A stretch of 38,407 nt of DNA from a virus. Its lineage: Duplodnaviria; Caudoviricetes. Position numbers and translations under genes: made by a program. The number at the start of each line of letters is the position of its first letter. Positions within the stretch are counted from its first letter, which is position 1. The notes under the pieces are model-generated. The model was not told where the DNA came from, made no database searches, and worked only from the letters and a program-made list of their open reading frames with translations. The stretch is from positions 1 through 38,407 of IMG/VR virus record IMGVR_UViG_3300022936_000019. The stretch is one strand, 5' to 3'. Of the stretch, positions 17,612-26,528 are shown in pieces.

Positions 17612-17642
17612 AAAACCGATGCATAACGTATCGGTTTTTTTT
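17612..17642 (+). terminator. Rho-independent terminator
   Basis: AAAACCGATGC-ATAAC-GTATCGGTTTT plus T-run. Confidence 0.85.
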
Positions 17643-17644
17643 AT

Positions 17645-17652
17645 TATCTTTG
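17645..17652 (+). promoter_or_regulatory. -7 promoter element
   Basis: TATCTTTG directly after the terminator. Confidence 0.65.
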
Positions 17653-17670
17653 AATCAAACAATTATAAAA

Positions 17671-18120
17671 ATGGCGTACATAGATGTAATAACCTTAGAA
17701 CGAGCAAAGAACTATTTGCGTATTGATCCTGATTTAACGGAAGATGATGCGGATATTACTTCAATGATTAATGCTGCTTTGCGTTATGTTGAACAGCGTA
17801 CAAGGCATTTTATGTATGCACGTGATATTGTTTATAACGGATCGTGCCAAGTAAAGGTTTACGAATATCCAATAAATTCAATAGTAACAGATCCTGCTCC
17901 TTGGGGTATTACTCGCACGATGTATACTATTTATCCAGATGTTAAAACAATTGAATTAAATATTGGCTATACAGAAGACAATCCAGTCCCGGATATTTTC
18001 ATTCAATCGGCTTTACAGATGATCAAAGTATGGTACTACGAGTCAGAGAAACAAGTTAACAGCGAAATGATACCAATTAGCGTAAATCAAGCGTTGGACG
18101 TTGAAAAAAGATTTATATAA
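17671..18120 (+). CDS. Head-tail connector (HK97 gp6 / SPP1 gp15-like; start moved to ATG 17671)
   Basis: ITLERAKNYLRID....DDADI..MI.AA..YVE..T; VP....A.L..I..WY. Confidence 0.9.
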   Translation: MAYIDVITLERAKNYLRIDPDLTEDDADITSMINAALRYVEQRTRHFMYARDIVYNGSCQVKVYEYPINSIVTDPAPWGITRTMYTIYPDVKTIELNIGYTEDNPVPDIFIQSALQMIKVWYYESEKQVNSEMIPISVNQALDVEKRFI

Positions 18121-18455
18121 TGTTAGCACGACAATACGATAAAAGAATCAAAATTTACAGTACAGCAACTGCTGCTGACGGTTACGGCGGTAATACTGTA
18201 ACAGAAGTTTTAATAGGTTCATTTTGGGCTGAAATAAAGCAAAATTCTGCTTTTCGTGATACTCAGATAGGTAAATCAGATATTAAGGATAATTGGTCAT
18301 TTAATATTCGTGCAACGCCTAAAATCACACCGGGGAATATTGACAATTTGATTATTGAGTATAGAAGCGTTAAACGTGTTGTAAATGATATTAGATACAA
18401 TGATGAATTATTCAGAGAATTAAATATCATAGCAAATGGCGAGCAAGGGAGTTAA
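18120..18455 (+). CDS. Head closure / head-tail adaptor (SPP1 gp16-like)
   Basis: RI.I.....DGYGG......WAEI; position. Confidence 0.85.
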   Translation: MLARQYDKRIKIYSTATAADGYGGNTVTEVLIGSFWAEIKQNSAFRDTQIGKSDIKDNWSFNIRATPKITPGNIDNLIIEYRSVKRVVNDIRYNDELFRELNIIANGEQGS

Positions 18456-18957
18456 AGGTGTAAGCGAAACAATTGCTAAGTTACAAGGTTTCGGAAAAGA
18501 TGTTGAAAAACAAATAAATGCCGAAATTGAAGCAACGGCATTTCAAATAGAAGCCGATGCAAAGAAATTAGCCCCTAAAAACTTTGGTAAATTAGCGCAG
18601 TCAATATCGCATGCTAAAGTAAAAAATTTAGTTTGGCGCGTTACGGTAAATGAAATTTACGGTGCTTATATGGAATTCGGAACAGGAGCAAAAGTAAAAG
18701 TTCCGGCCGAGTTTGCAGAAATGGCGAAACAGTTTCAAGGCAAAGGAAAAGGAACTTGGAAAGACGCATTAGAAGCGATTAAAGTTTGGTGTAGGTCTAA
18801 AGGAATTGATGAAAAGGCAGCATATCCTATACTTGCTAAAATATTGGGTGCAGGAGTTAATCCCCAACCGTTTTTATATCCGGCTTATAAGAAAGGCGAA
18901 AAAGACTTAATACTGAATTTAGAAAAATTATTAAAGTCGGTGAATAAGAAAATTTGA
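18436..18957 (+). CDS. HK97 gp10-like tail completion protein
   Basis: AKKLAP...G.L..SI, YG.YMEFGT, PQPFLYPA. Confidence 0.9.
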   Translation: MASKGVKGVSETIAKLQGFGKDVEKQINAEIEATAFQIEADAKKLAPKNFGKLAQSISHAKVKNLVWRVTVNEIYGAYMEFGTGAKVKVPAEFAEMAKQFQGKGKGTWKDALEAIKVWCRSKGIDEKAAYPILAKILGAGVNPQPFLYPAYKKGEKDLILNLEKLLKSVNKKI

Positions 18958-18958
18958 T

Positions 18959-18966
18959 TATCTTTG
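18959..18966 (+). promoter_or_regulatory. -7 promoter element 4 nt before ATG
   Basis: TATCTTTG-ACAT-ATG. Confidence 0.65.
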
Positions 18967-18970
18967 ACAT

Positions 18971-19402
18971 ATGGCAGTTAATGTAAATCCAGACAAATAT
19001 ATCCGTAAAGCAGTTTTTGACTTAACAAACAATATTGTAGTTAATTCAAAGATTATTAAAACGTTTGATAGCCGTGTAACTGGTAATTCAAATTTGACTG
19101 AATACATTTTAATGACCGCTCAAGATAAAGACGTATTGAAAAATACTAAATGTCAATACGAATGGCAATGTTCTTTATTAATTGAGATTTACACGCGTTA
19201 TTCAAGTTCAGGAAATACTGGTAGCAGGGTTTTGTTAAATGACATTGAACAGGCTGTTATGGATTTATTAAACCCTAAAATATCGGTTACTGGATTTACA
19301 AACATCACTCAAAATATTGAATACGAAACATCATTAGAAACGATAACTGATACAGAAAATATATTTCGTTCATTCTTAAGGCTAAACCTTGTTTTAAAGT
19401 AG
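18971..19402 (+). CDS. Probable tail terminator protein
   Basis: Size and position between the gp10-like and tail tube genes. Confidence 0.7.
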   Translation: MAVNVNPDKYIRKAVFDLTNNIVVNSKIIKTFDSRVTGNSNLTEYILMTAQDKDVLKNTKCQYEWQCSLLIEIYTRYSSSGNTGSRVLLNDIEQAVMDLLNPKISVTGFTNITQNIEYETSLETITDTENIFRSFLRLNLVLK

Positions 19403-19906
19403 TTCTTTCAATGCTTTTTCATAAGCTAGATGTGCTTTAAACTCATCTTTAAAAGATCCTAGATATTTATTTTTGTTACGTATTCGAATGCTAGCCATCC
19501 ATTTTCTGTTTTTCTTTATCCAAAAAACTCCCGTATATTGACTAGAAGATTTTAAATGTTTTTTGTTTGTATTTTCACGAAAAGTAACTATTTCTAAATT
19601 ACTTACACAATTATCCTTTCTATTGAAGTTTTTATGATTTACAACTAAATTTTTATCATCGTAATTATGATTTAAAAAACATTGAGCTACAATTTGATGT
19701 ATGTACTTTGTTGACATTATTCCGTCCTTACATAAAACTACTGCTAAATAGCCTCCTTTGTTTTCAGAACATCTTAATATTCTTTCCTTTATAAGTCTTT
19801 CTAGACCTCTAGGCGCCTTAACTTTCCTTTCCATGCTTTTTACATTACCAAAAGAACTAACTTGATAAAATCCTTCATAACCAAAAACATCCTTCCAATT
19901 TTCCAT
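19394..19906 (-). CDS. NUMOD4-HNH endonuclease with AP2-like C-terminal domain
   Basis: ENWKDVFGYEGFYQVSSFGNVKS (NUMOD4), VNHKNFNRKDNCVSNLE (HNH), SQYTGVFW...KWMASI..KYLGSF (AP2-like). Confidence 0.92.
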   Translation of the reverse strand: MENWKDVFGYEGFYQVSSFGNVKSMERKVKAPRGLERLIKERILRCSENKGGYLAVVLCKDGIMSTKYIHQIVAQCFLNHNYDDKNLVVNHKNFNRKDNCVSNLEIVTFRENTNKKHLKSSSQYTGVFWIKKNRKWMASIRIRNKNKYLGSFKDEFKAHLAYEKALKELL

Positions 19907-19910
19907 AAAT

Positions 19911-19988
19911 ACAAAAACTCCCTAAAAAGTGATGCAAGGCACTCAAGAGGGAGAATTTATTAAATTGTTATATCGCTTGCATTCGACA
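19911..19988 (-). promoter_or_regulatory. Second kissing-loop/terminator 5' leader, upstream of the HNH gene
   Basis: Minus strand: TGTCG-AATGCAAG-CGATA ... CTCCCT..GAGTG-CCTTGCAT-CACTT..AGGGAG-TTTTT. Confidence 0.7.
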
Positions 19989-19991
19989 ATA

Positions 19992-19999
19992 CAAATATA
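19992..19999 (-). promoter_or_regulatory. -7 promoter element for the HNH gene
   Basis: TATATTTG on the minus strand (CAAATATA on plus). Confidence 0.7.
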
Positions 20000-20075
20000 A
20001 TGTTTTTCAATAACATATAAAATAATTTTGTACTTTTACGTCTAACAAATGAAATTAATCTAAAATAAAAACACA

Positions 20076-20528
20076 ATGGCAGATAAAATAAAAGGCGAAG
20101 GACTTATCCTTTATGTACATGATGGGGATCTATATCGTCCTGTAGCATGCTTGACATCTAACAGTTTAGATACTGAATTGGGTATTATAGAATCTCAAAC
20201 AAAATGCGCTCCAGGAGTTATTGAAAAACAAGCAGGTGTTTTCTCTTATACGTTAACAGCTGATGCAATTGCAATAGATACTACAAGTGTTGGAGGTGAT
20301 GACACAAAAGCTTCACATGATTACCTTTTAAGTGTTCAGCAATCAAAAACAACTGTTAACTGGAAAATGGATTCAGGATCAGGTACAGGAGGAACAGCGT
20401 TGGCTTATTATGGTACAGGTATCATCACTTCATTAGGCTTAGAAGCTCCAACAGGTGATGAATTTGCAACTTTTTCATTAACAATTGATGGCTCAGGAGC
20501 AATTGTTACTACAGATCCATTAGCTTAA
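20076..20528 (+). CDS. Major tail tube protein
   Basis: KG..LILYV, CLTSNSL, IESQTKC, YYGTGIITSL...AP..E.ATFSLTI.GSG. Confidence 0.88.
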   Translation: MADKIKGEGLILYVHDGDLYRPVACLTSNSLDTELGIIESQTKCAPGVIEKQAGVFSYTLTADAIAIDTTSVGGDDTKASHDYLLSVQQSKTTVNWKMDSGSGTGGTALAYYGTGIITSLGLEAPTGDEFATFSLTIDGSGAIVTTDPLA

Positions 20529-20532
20529 ATTT

Positions 20533-20883
20533 ATGGTACAAAACAAAGTAATATTATTAGACAAAGAGTTCCATTTTGGGATTGGTTTCTTGACGGAACT
20601 TATTGAGAATATGGGAATTGATTTAATACAAATTGGCGAAAAGATAGAGTCAGGAGACGTTTCTATTTATCGTTATTTAATGTATTATTCCAGATTGTAC
20701 TCTGTAAAAAGAAAACATGAACAGGCTGATTTCGATATTTATGATATTGATGAATTGATTGATGAAAATGGAGGTGTTTTAGGTGAGTTTACGCAAACAT
20801 TCTTAAAGTCGTTTTTGCAATCTTTGCAAAAAGATGTTCCTGTTCAAGATAATAAAAAAAAAGTGACAGTAAAGAAAAAATAG
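20533..20883 (+). CDS. Tail assembly chaperone (gpG-like)
   Basis: Between tube and tape measure genes; A9 slippery run at its 3' end. Confidence 0.85.
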   Translation: MVQNKVILLDKEFHFGIGFLTELIENMGIDLIQIGEKIESGDVSIYRYLMYYSRLYSVKRKHEQADFDIYDIDELIDENGGVLGEFTQTFLKSFLQSLQKDVPVQDNKKKVTVKKK

Positions 20884-21206
20884 ACTGGCATAAAGATGTT
20901 ATTTCATTTGCGATAGGCGAACTTGGAATTTCTACATTGAAACGTGTTTATGACATGTCATTTGCAGAGTTTCAAATTCGCCTTTTTGCTTGGTCTAGAA
21001 TACAGGAAAGAGAATGGGAAAAAGTCCGTATCTTAGCATATAATATTGCATGCGCATCACCTAACAGAAAAAAACAAATGCCATCAATAGAAAAGTTTAT
21101 GCCTTTAACCTTGGATCAAAAAAGTTCAAATGCTATTTCTGACGCTCAGGTACAAAGATTTTTACAAGTTAGTAAAGACTACTACAAACAACTAAATAAT
21201 AAATAA
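20533..21206 (+). CDS. Tail assembly chaperone gpGT-like, via -1 frameshift (~224 aa)
   Basis: -1 frame is open from 20856 (after TAA 20853-55) to 21206; A9 at 20854-62. Confidence 0.8.
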
Positions 21207-23087
21207 ATGGCTGGATTAGAAGTTACAGTTGGAGCCGATATAAAGGATTTTCAGAACAAGATAAAGGAAGTTGAAAATGACATCCAAGAACTTGCTAACG
21301 AAAAGGCTATTAATATAAAATTAGGCTTAGATACAAAAGAACTTGATGCGCATATTAAGGATGCTAAAAAGCATTTAAACGATCTTAAAACCACCGCCAA
21401 AGATGCCGGAATGGTTTTTCAAAAAGACTTTGCTCCTAAAGTTGCTAATGGAGGTAATGCACTACAGCAATTTGGCAGAATAGCTCAGGATGCTCCGTTT
21501 GGGATAATGGGTATTGGGAACAATATTACTGCAACAGCTGAATCATTTGGATATTTAGTTAAAGAGACTGGTAGTGCAGGAGGTGCTTTAAAAGCAGTAG
21601 CTGCTTCTATTATGGGAACTGGTGGTATTCTTCTTGCTGTTTCTTTGGTCACTACTGGCCTAACTATAATGGCTCAAAAGGGAATTACGGTTAGCGATGT
21701 TTTTGCTAAAATGACTGGTACTTTTGACGAAGCCAGAAAATCAATGCAAGAACTTTCAGTTGAAACGGCTAAAAACGCACAAGCACAAATATCTTCATTA
21801 GGAGCTTATGTTTCAGCAGCTAAAAATATTAATCTTTCAATGGAGGATCGTTTAATTGCGGTTAAGAAATTGCAAGACGAATATCCTGCTTATTTTGGAA
21901 ATCTTACTAAAGAGCAAATATTAAACGGAAATGTTGCTAATGCAGTAAGAGAAGTTACCGCAGCATTAATCGCAAAAGCAAAAGCCTCTGCCTTGACAGA
22001 CAGAATAGTAAAATTAGCTGAAGAAGAAGAAAAAATACAAAGCGGAATAAATAATGAAGTTTTACGACTTTCTAAATTGTTTAATTTAAGCAATACCGAA
22101 GCGTACCAATTCAGCAGGCTTATTAATGAAACTATAAAAGGACAAAGAGAATTAGGGGATGTTGTTGATAAAAACGGAAAAAGAGAATCTAAATTAAATT
22201 CAGAAAGGGCGTATGATGCGTTAACTATAAACAGGGTAATAGCCAATTTAGGAGAAGAATTAAGAGCAAACTTAGCCTTACAAGATAAATACACCAGATC
22301 TATTGAAAAAAGCGTTGCTGCTTCAATAAGATTAGAAGCAGTAAAAGAAAAAGCCGGTAAAAAAGTATACGATACGCCACAAGTTACAGGATTGGATAGT
22401 AAGGGATTGGGTGGCGCCGGAATAGTTGAGCAAGCACAACAATTAAAACAACTAGCTGATGGTACGTATGTTTTAGATTATGGAATTAAAACTTCAATGA
22501 AAAATATAGTTCAGCACGTAAAAGATGGAACTGTTGAAATGCTTAAATTACTTGATGCTTTTAATAATGATTTAAACAGCTTAGTAACAGGGTCTTTGAC
22601 ACGTACATTTGAAAATTTGGGTACTGCCATAGGCGAAGCATTGGCACAAGGGAAAAACGTATTTGGCGCTATAGGTAAAACTTTGTTGGCTTCTTTAGGG
22701 GCTTTCCTTTCAGACATGGGAGGATTGCTTATAAAGTATGGCACTTTGGCTGTCGCTAAAGGCGTTATAGATAAAGCATTAACATCTGGTAATCCAGTAG
22801 TTACAATAGGGGCAGGGGTTGCTGCTATTGCGGTGGGAGTTGCTTTAAAAGCTGCAGGTGGTGCGATATCATCAAAAGCTAATTCATCAGGAGCATCAGG
22901 AGCAGGTTCAGGATCTTACAATACTGGAGCGTCTTACAGTTCTCCTGGGTCTTCAGCTGTAAGTGGTGGAACTTCATCAGCCGTAAGTAGTACGGTTGTA
23001 TTTGAGATTAGTGGTAATTCACTTCTGGGCGTATTGAGTAACACGCTGGATTCTAATAAAAGGCTAGGGGGGCAATTAGCAATATAA
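21207..23087 (+). CDS. Tape measure protein
   Basis: L.VTVGADIKDF start, RIAQDAPFG, Ala/Gly-rich helical sequence; follows the chaperones. Confidence 0.9.
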   Translation: MAGLEVTVGADIKDFQNKIKEVENDIQELANEKAINIKLGLDTKELDAHIKDAKKHLNDLKTTAKDAGMVFQKDFAPKVANGGNALQQFGRIAQDAPFGIMGIGNNITATAESFGYLVKETGSAGGALKAVAASIMGTGGILLAVSLVTTGLTIMAQKGITVSDVFAKMTGTFDEARKSMQELSVETAKNAQAQISSLGAYVSAAKNINLSMEDRLIAVKKLQDEYPAYFGNLTKEQILNGNVANAVREVTAALIAKAKASALTDRIVKLAEEEEKIQSGINNEVLRLSKLFNLSNTEAYQFSRLINETIKGQRELGDVVDKNGKRESKLNSERAYDALTINRVIANLGEELRANLALQDKYTRSIEKSVAASIRLEAVKEKAGKKVYDTPQVTGLDSKGLGGAGIVEQAQQLKQLADGTYVLDYGIKTSMKNIVQHVKDGTVEMLKLLDAFNNDLNSLVTGSLTRTFENLGTAIGEALAQGKNVFGAIGKTLLASLGAFLSDMGGLLIKYGTLAVAKGVIDKALTSGNPVVTIGAGVAAIAVGVALKAAGGAISSKANSSGASGAGSGSYNTGASYSSPGSSAVSGGTSSAVSSTVVFEISGNSLLGVLSNTLDSNKRLGGQLAI

Positions 23088-25408
23088 TGGCGCAAGGTAT
23101 AGCAGTTAGTTTTTTTAATAATCCAGTTGAAGGTAACAGGATTATATACTCCGTTGAAATAAACGGTATAAAAATAGGATTTATTAACGGACTCGATACA
23201 GTAGATTTTGAATTTACAAATAACGATGCCGAGATTTTAGCTAATCCATTTCACAGAGTTAAGATTGGAAGCGATATACATCAAACAGCGCTTAATTTAA
23301 AGGCTTTTCTTGATAATAATGGTTATACTTCGTCATCGGTTCCGACTGAGGTTAACGCAATACAAGGGAATGTAACCTGGTATGTTGAGCAAATATTTTA
23401 TGCAAACGATAAAATAACTAATTTCAATATAGATTCAGATAACACAAATGTGGGTATTACTGGATTTAATACTTATACACCTCCTACTACGGTGGCGCTT
23501 AAGTACTTCATGCAGTATGAAAATATCGTTAACGATTTGTGGAGATGCGAGATATACGAGAAAAAATATACCGGACAACCAAAAGAAATATTTGGAAGTA
23601 TAGAGATAGTAAAATCAGAAGTTAAAAACCACATAGAGCCGATAAGAGGTACACAGGTAACATTAAAATTAGAGGCAGATAAGAATATAACATTTGAAGA
23701 TTTTTATAGTAAAAACGAAACTGATTTTACAGTAAAGGTATTTAGAAATAACGTATTAATTTTTCAGGGTTTTGTAAAGCCTGATGGTATTTTTCAATCG
23801 TTCGTATCTGATTTTTGGATTGTAAATGTGTCGTGCGTTGACGGTCTTGGATTTTTAGCTGATCTTTCTTTTGTTAAACCTAACGGACTACCATACTCCG
23901 GTAGGGTTTCAATGTTTGATATATTATCCAATTGTCTTAACAGAACGGGATTACAGTTGAAAATAAACACATATGTGAATGTTTTTTACTACGGATTGCC
24001 TTTTGTAACTCCCGATACTGACGTTCTTAAAAATGCATATCTAAACACCGAGAGGTTTAAAAAATCGGATGATAATACTTTAATGAGTTGTCAAGAGGTT
24101 TTACTTTCTATACTCGACATATTTAACGCATGCATAACTCAGGATCGAGGAGAATGGCATATTTACAGAGCTGTAGATTTTTACGATAAAGACTTAGTAT
24201 TCTTTAAACGATACGAAATAAATAGCTCATTTATTGGTCGGGTTCCGTATTATTTGCAAAAAGACTTAGGTAGCCAATCTGATAATTATTACCCGCATCA
24301 TTGCAGCGCTAACCAAAGAATAGAAATAAAAGGTGCAGTTTCTGCTTTTCGTTTGGGTTATAAATATGGGTTTCTAGGTAGTTTACTGGGTAATGGCAGT
24401 TTAATACATACAGCAGGAACAAAAATATATGAAGATTGGGAAGTGCAAACTTGGACTGAGTCACTATTAACTGGTTCATTGGTAATTGATCCTGTATCTA
24501 CTAGTGGGATTAGTTTTAGATCCGCAACTACTTTAGGTGCTCCCCGACAATTCAGAGAAGCGCTTATATCAGATGTTAGTGTTTTTTTAGAGGAAGGATA
24601 TACCTTTGATTTTAAAACCAGATTCATATCTTACGGATTCCCGGTAGCGGTTAGATTTAGCGTAAGAGTAGGAGATTATTTCTTAAATTGGATTGATGGA
24701 TCATGGGAGAGTACAACAGCCTTACATTTTGATCTTGTGAATGCTGCAGCGAGTGACTTTCCTAATAATACGGGAACTTTAGTGGAATATAAATATGACA
24801 GAACTTTTACAATAAGTTCTCAACCTTTGCCTGAGGCAGGAGATGTCGAAATAACAATGTTTGTACCTCAAAAAGTAATAGGTGGGCCAGATGTTCCTTT
24901 GGTAGAGGTTAAAAGTATAGAATTAATAAATACTTTTCAAGGAAATAATGTAATAGGTGAGTTTCATACTGTTAGCAGAATAAATCCGGTAAGTTCTATC
25001 GTTAAAGAAAATAAGGCAGTTGCTAACGGGGATAACTCAAATGATGTTTATTTAGGAGCTATTTATCAAGAGGACAAAATAGAACTTACTAAGAATTGGT
25101 ATAGAGAGGGCACAGATCCGCACGAGGTAAAACCATTACTTAGGATTGCAGCAGAGGATCAATTAAGAGTGTCTCAAATGCCTACAAAGTTATTTTCGGG
25201 GAATGTTTATGGGTACGCATCTTACTTGACTGTTTATAATATAAATAATATTCAAGGGCAATTTATGCCTATATCATGGAGTTATGATACGATTTCAAAC
25301 ATAACGTACTTGAAACATTTAGAGTTATATGCTCCTGAACTATACGACATGGATTACATTAAAACTGACGATTATGGAGAAACTGTAAAACCTACCATTG
25401 TAGGTTAA
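23087..25408 (+). CDS. Tail tip / baseplate hub protein
   Basis: Large beta-rich ORF after the TMP; DGLG.L, ITQ..GEWHI.R. Confidence 0.7.
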   Translation: MAQGIAVSFFNNPVEGNRIIYSVEINGIKIGFINGLDTVDFEFTNNDAEILANPFHRVKIGSDIHQTALNLKAFLDNNGYTSSSVPTEVNAIQGNVTWYVEQIFYANDKITNFNIDSDNTNVGITGFNTYTPPTTVALKYFMQYENIVNDLWRCEIYEKKYTGQPKEIFGSIEIVKSEVKNHIEPIRGTQVTLKLEADKNITFEDFYSKNETDFTVKVFRNNVLIFQGFVKPDGIFQSFVSDFWIVNVSCVDGLGFLADLSFVKPNGLPYSGRVSMFDILSNCLNRTGLQLKINTYVNVFYYGLPFVTPDTDVLKNAYLNTERFKKSDDNTLMSCQEVLLSILDIFNACITQDRGEWHIYRAVDFYDKDLVFFKRYEINSSFIGRVPYYLQKDLGSQSDNYYPHHCSANQRIEIKGAVSAFRLGYKYGFLGSLLGNGSLIHTAGTKIYEDWEVQTWTESLLTGSLVIDPVSTSGISFRSATTLGAPRQFREALISDVSVFLEEGYTFDFKTRFISYGFPVAVRFSVRVGDYFLNWIDGSWESTTALHFDLVNAAASDFPNNTGTLVEYKYDRTFTISSQPLPEAGDVEITMFVPQKVIGGPDVPLVEVKSIELINTFQGNNVIGEFHTVSRINPVSSIVKENKAVANGDNSNDVYLGAIYQEDKIELTKNWYREGTDPHEVKPLLRIAAEDQLRVSQMPTKLFSGNVYGYASYLTVYNINNIQGQFMPISWSYDTISNITYLKHLELYAPELYDMDYIKTDDYGETVKPTIVG

Positions 25409-25418
25409 TATTTTTTTG

Positions 25419-25426
25419 TACTTTTG
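25419..25426 (+). promoter_or_regulatory. -7 promoter element 4 nt before ATG
   Basis: TACTTTTG-GAAT-ATG. Confidence 0.6.
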
Positions 25427-25430
25427 GAAT

Positions 25431-25937
25431 ATGGATTTTGTAAACGGACAAGATAGAATTTTATTTATAAAGATAGACGGTAATTACATGCCTATAGGAT
25501 GCTTGACGGGTAACTCTTTAGATAAAAACGCTGAGATGTTAGATACAACCACAAGAGACAATAAAGGATGGAAGACTTCAAGACCTGTAGTAAAAGACTA
25601 TAATATATCTTTTACAGGTGTTCAAATTAATACAACAATGGCAGGCGGTAATTTTAACATAGCTTCTTATGACAAGTTGAACAAGCTTTTTAACGATTCC
25701 ATCCTTTTAGATTGGAAAATTCAGGGCACTATATTTCCTGTTGTTGATTATGGTAAATGTTACATTTCATCATTAGGAGAAGCTAATAATGTGGGTGAAT
25801 TTATGACTTTTTCAGGCACTTTAGTAGGATACGGAAAACCACTTATTCAAGACTTAGGCGGTGTGGTATTAAACAACGGTGATCCAAACATAATAATTAA
25901 TTCTGGCGATCCAGACGAAATAATAAAAGTATCATAA
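25431..25937 (+). CDS. Second tail-tube-fold protein (start moved to ATG 25431)
   Basis: Aligns with 20076..20528: G...IL...DG...P..CLT.NSLD; G...I.SLG; TFS.T..G.G. Confidence 0.8.
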   Translation: MDFVNGQDRILFIKIDGNYMPIGCLTGNSLDKNAEMLDTTTRDNKGWKTSRPVVKDYNISFTGVQINTTMAGGNFNIASYDKLNKLFNDSILLDWKIQGTIFPVVDYGKCYISSLGEANNVGEFMTFSGTLVGYGKPLIQDLGGVVLNNGDPNIIINSGDPDEIIKVS

Positions 25938-26524
25938 TGGCAATAGATCCTACAATTATAACTACTGTAAGAGCTGACCAGTTACCTGTAGCTCCATTAA
26001 CCAATGAAAGCATAGTGATGCATGCAATCGGAGAAACTTTATATCAGGCAACAGTAGACGAATTAATAGCTTTGTTGCCTCCGGGGAACGCTTACAAGCC
26101 TTACGAGACAAAAATATTATATGTTACAGATTTATATGTGCAAAATAATTTTGAGACTAGTGGAGTAAATAAAGGGCTTGCTAAACCAGACGGACTTTGG
26201 CCGGGTTGGGCTATAATGGATGGGGTGCATGATACTGCAAATATGGACGGTGCAATACCTTTAGGGTATGGCGCTACTTATAATACAATGCGCCAGGAGG
26301 TAGGAGAAAACAATAAAAGCGTAGTATTGCCTACGTCTGGGTTTCCAGTAGGTGAGGCGACTAACAATCCTCCTTCTGGAAGACTGATAGTATCATCCGG
26401 CTTAGACGAATCTGGGGAGTTTTTTGAATCTATTAAAAAAGTTGGGAATACAGGAGCGCCGTCTATCACTTTCAGTATAATGCAAAAATCAAGAGTAATG
26501 TTATATATAATGTTTTTACCTTAA
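25937..26524 (+). CDS. Tail fibre/collar-associated structural protein
   Basis: GWAIMDG...T.N..G..PLG pattern like tail-collar domains; N-terminus shared with the next gene. Confidence 0.65.
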   Translation: MAIDPTIITTVRADQLPVAPLTNESIVMHAIGETLYQATVDELIALLPPGNAYKPYETKILYVTDLYVQNNFETSGVNKGLAKPDGLWPGWAIMDGVHDTANMDGAIPLGYGATYNTMRQEVGENNKSVVLPTSGFPVGEATNNPPSGRLIVSSGLDESGEFFESIKKVGNTGAPSITFSIMQKSRVMLYIMFLP

Positions 26525-26528
26525 AAAT

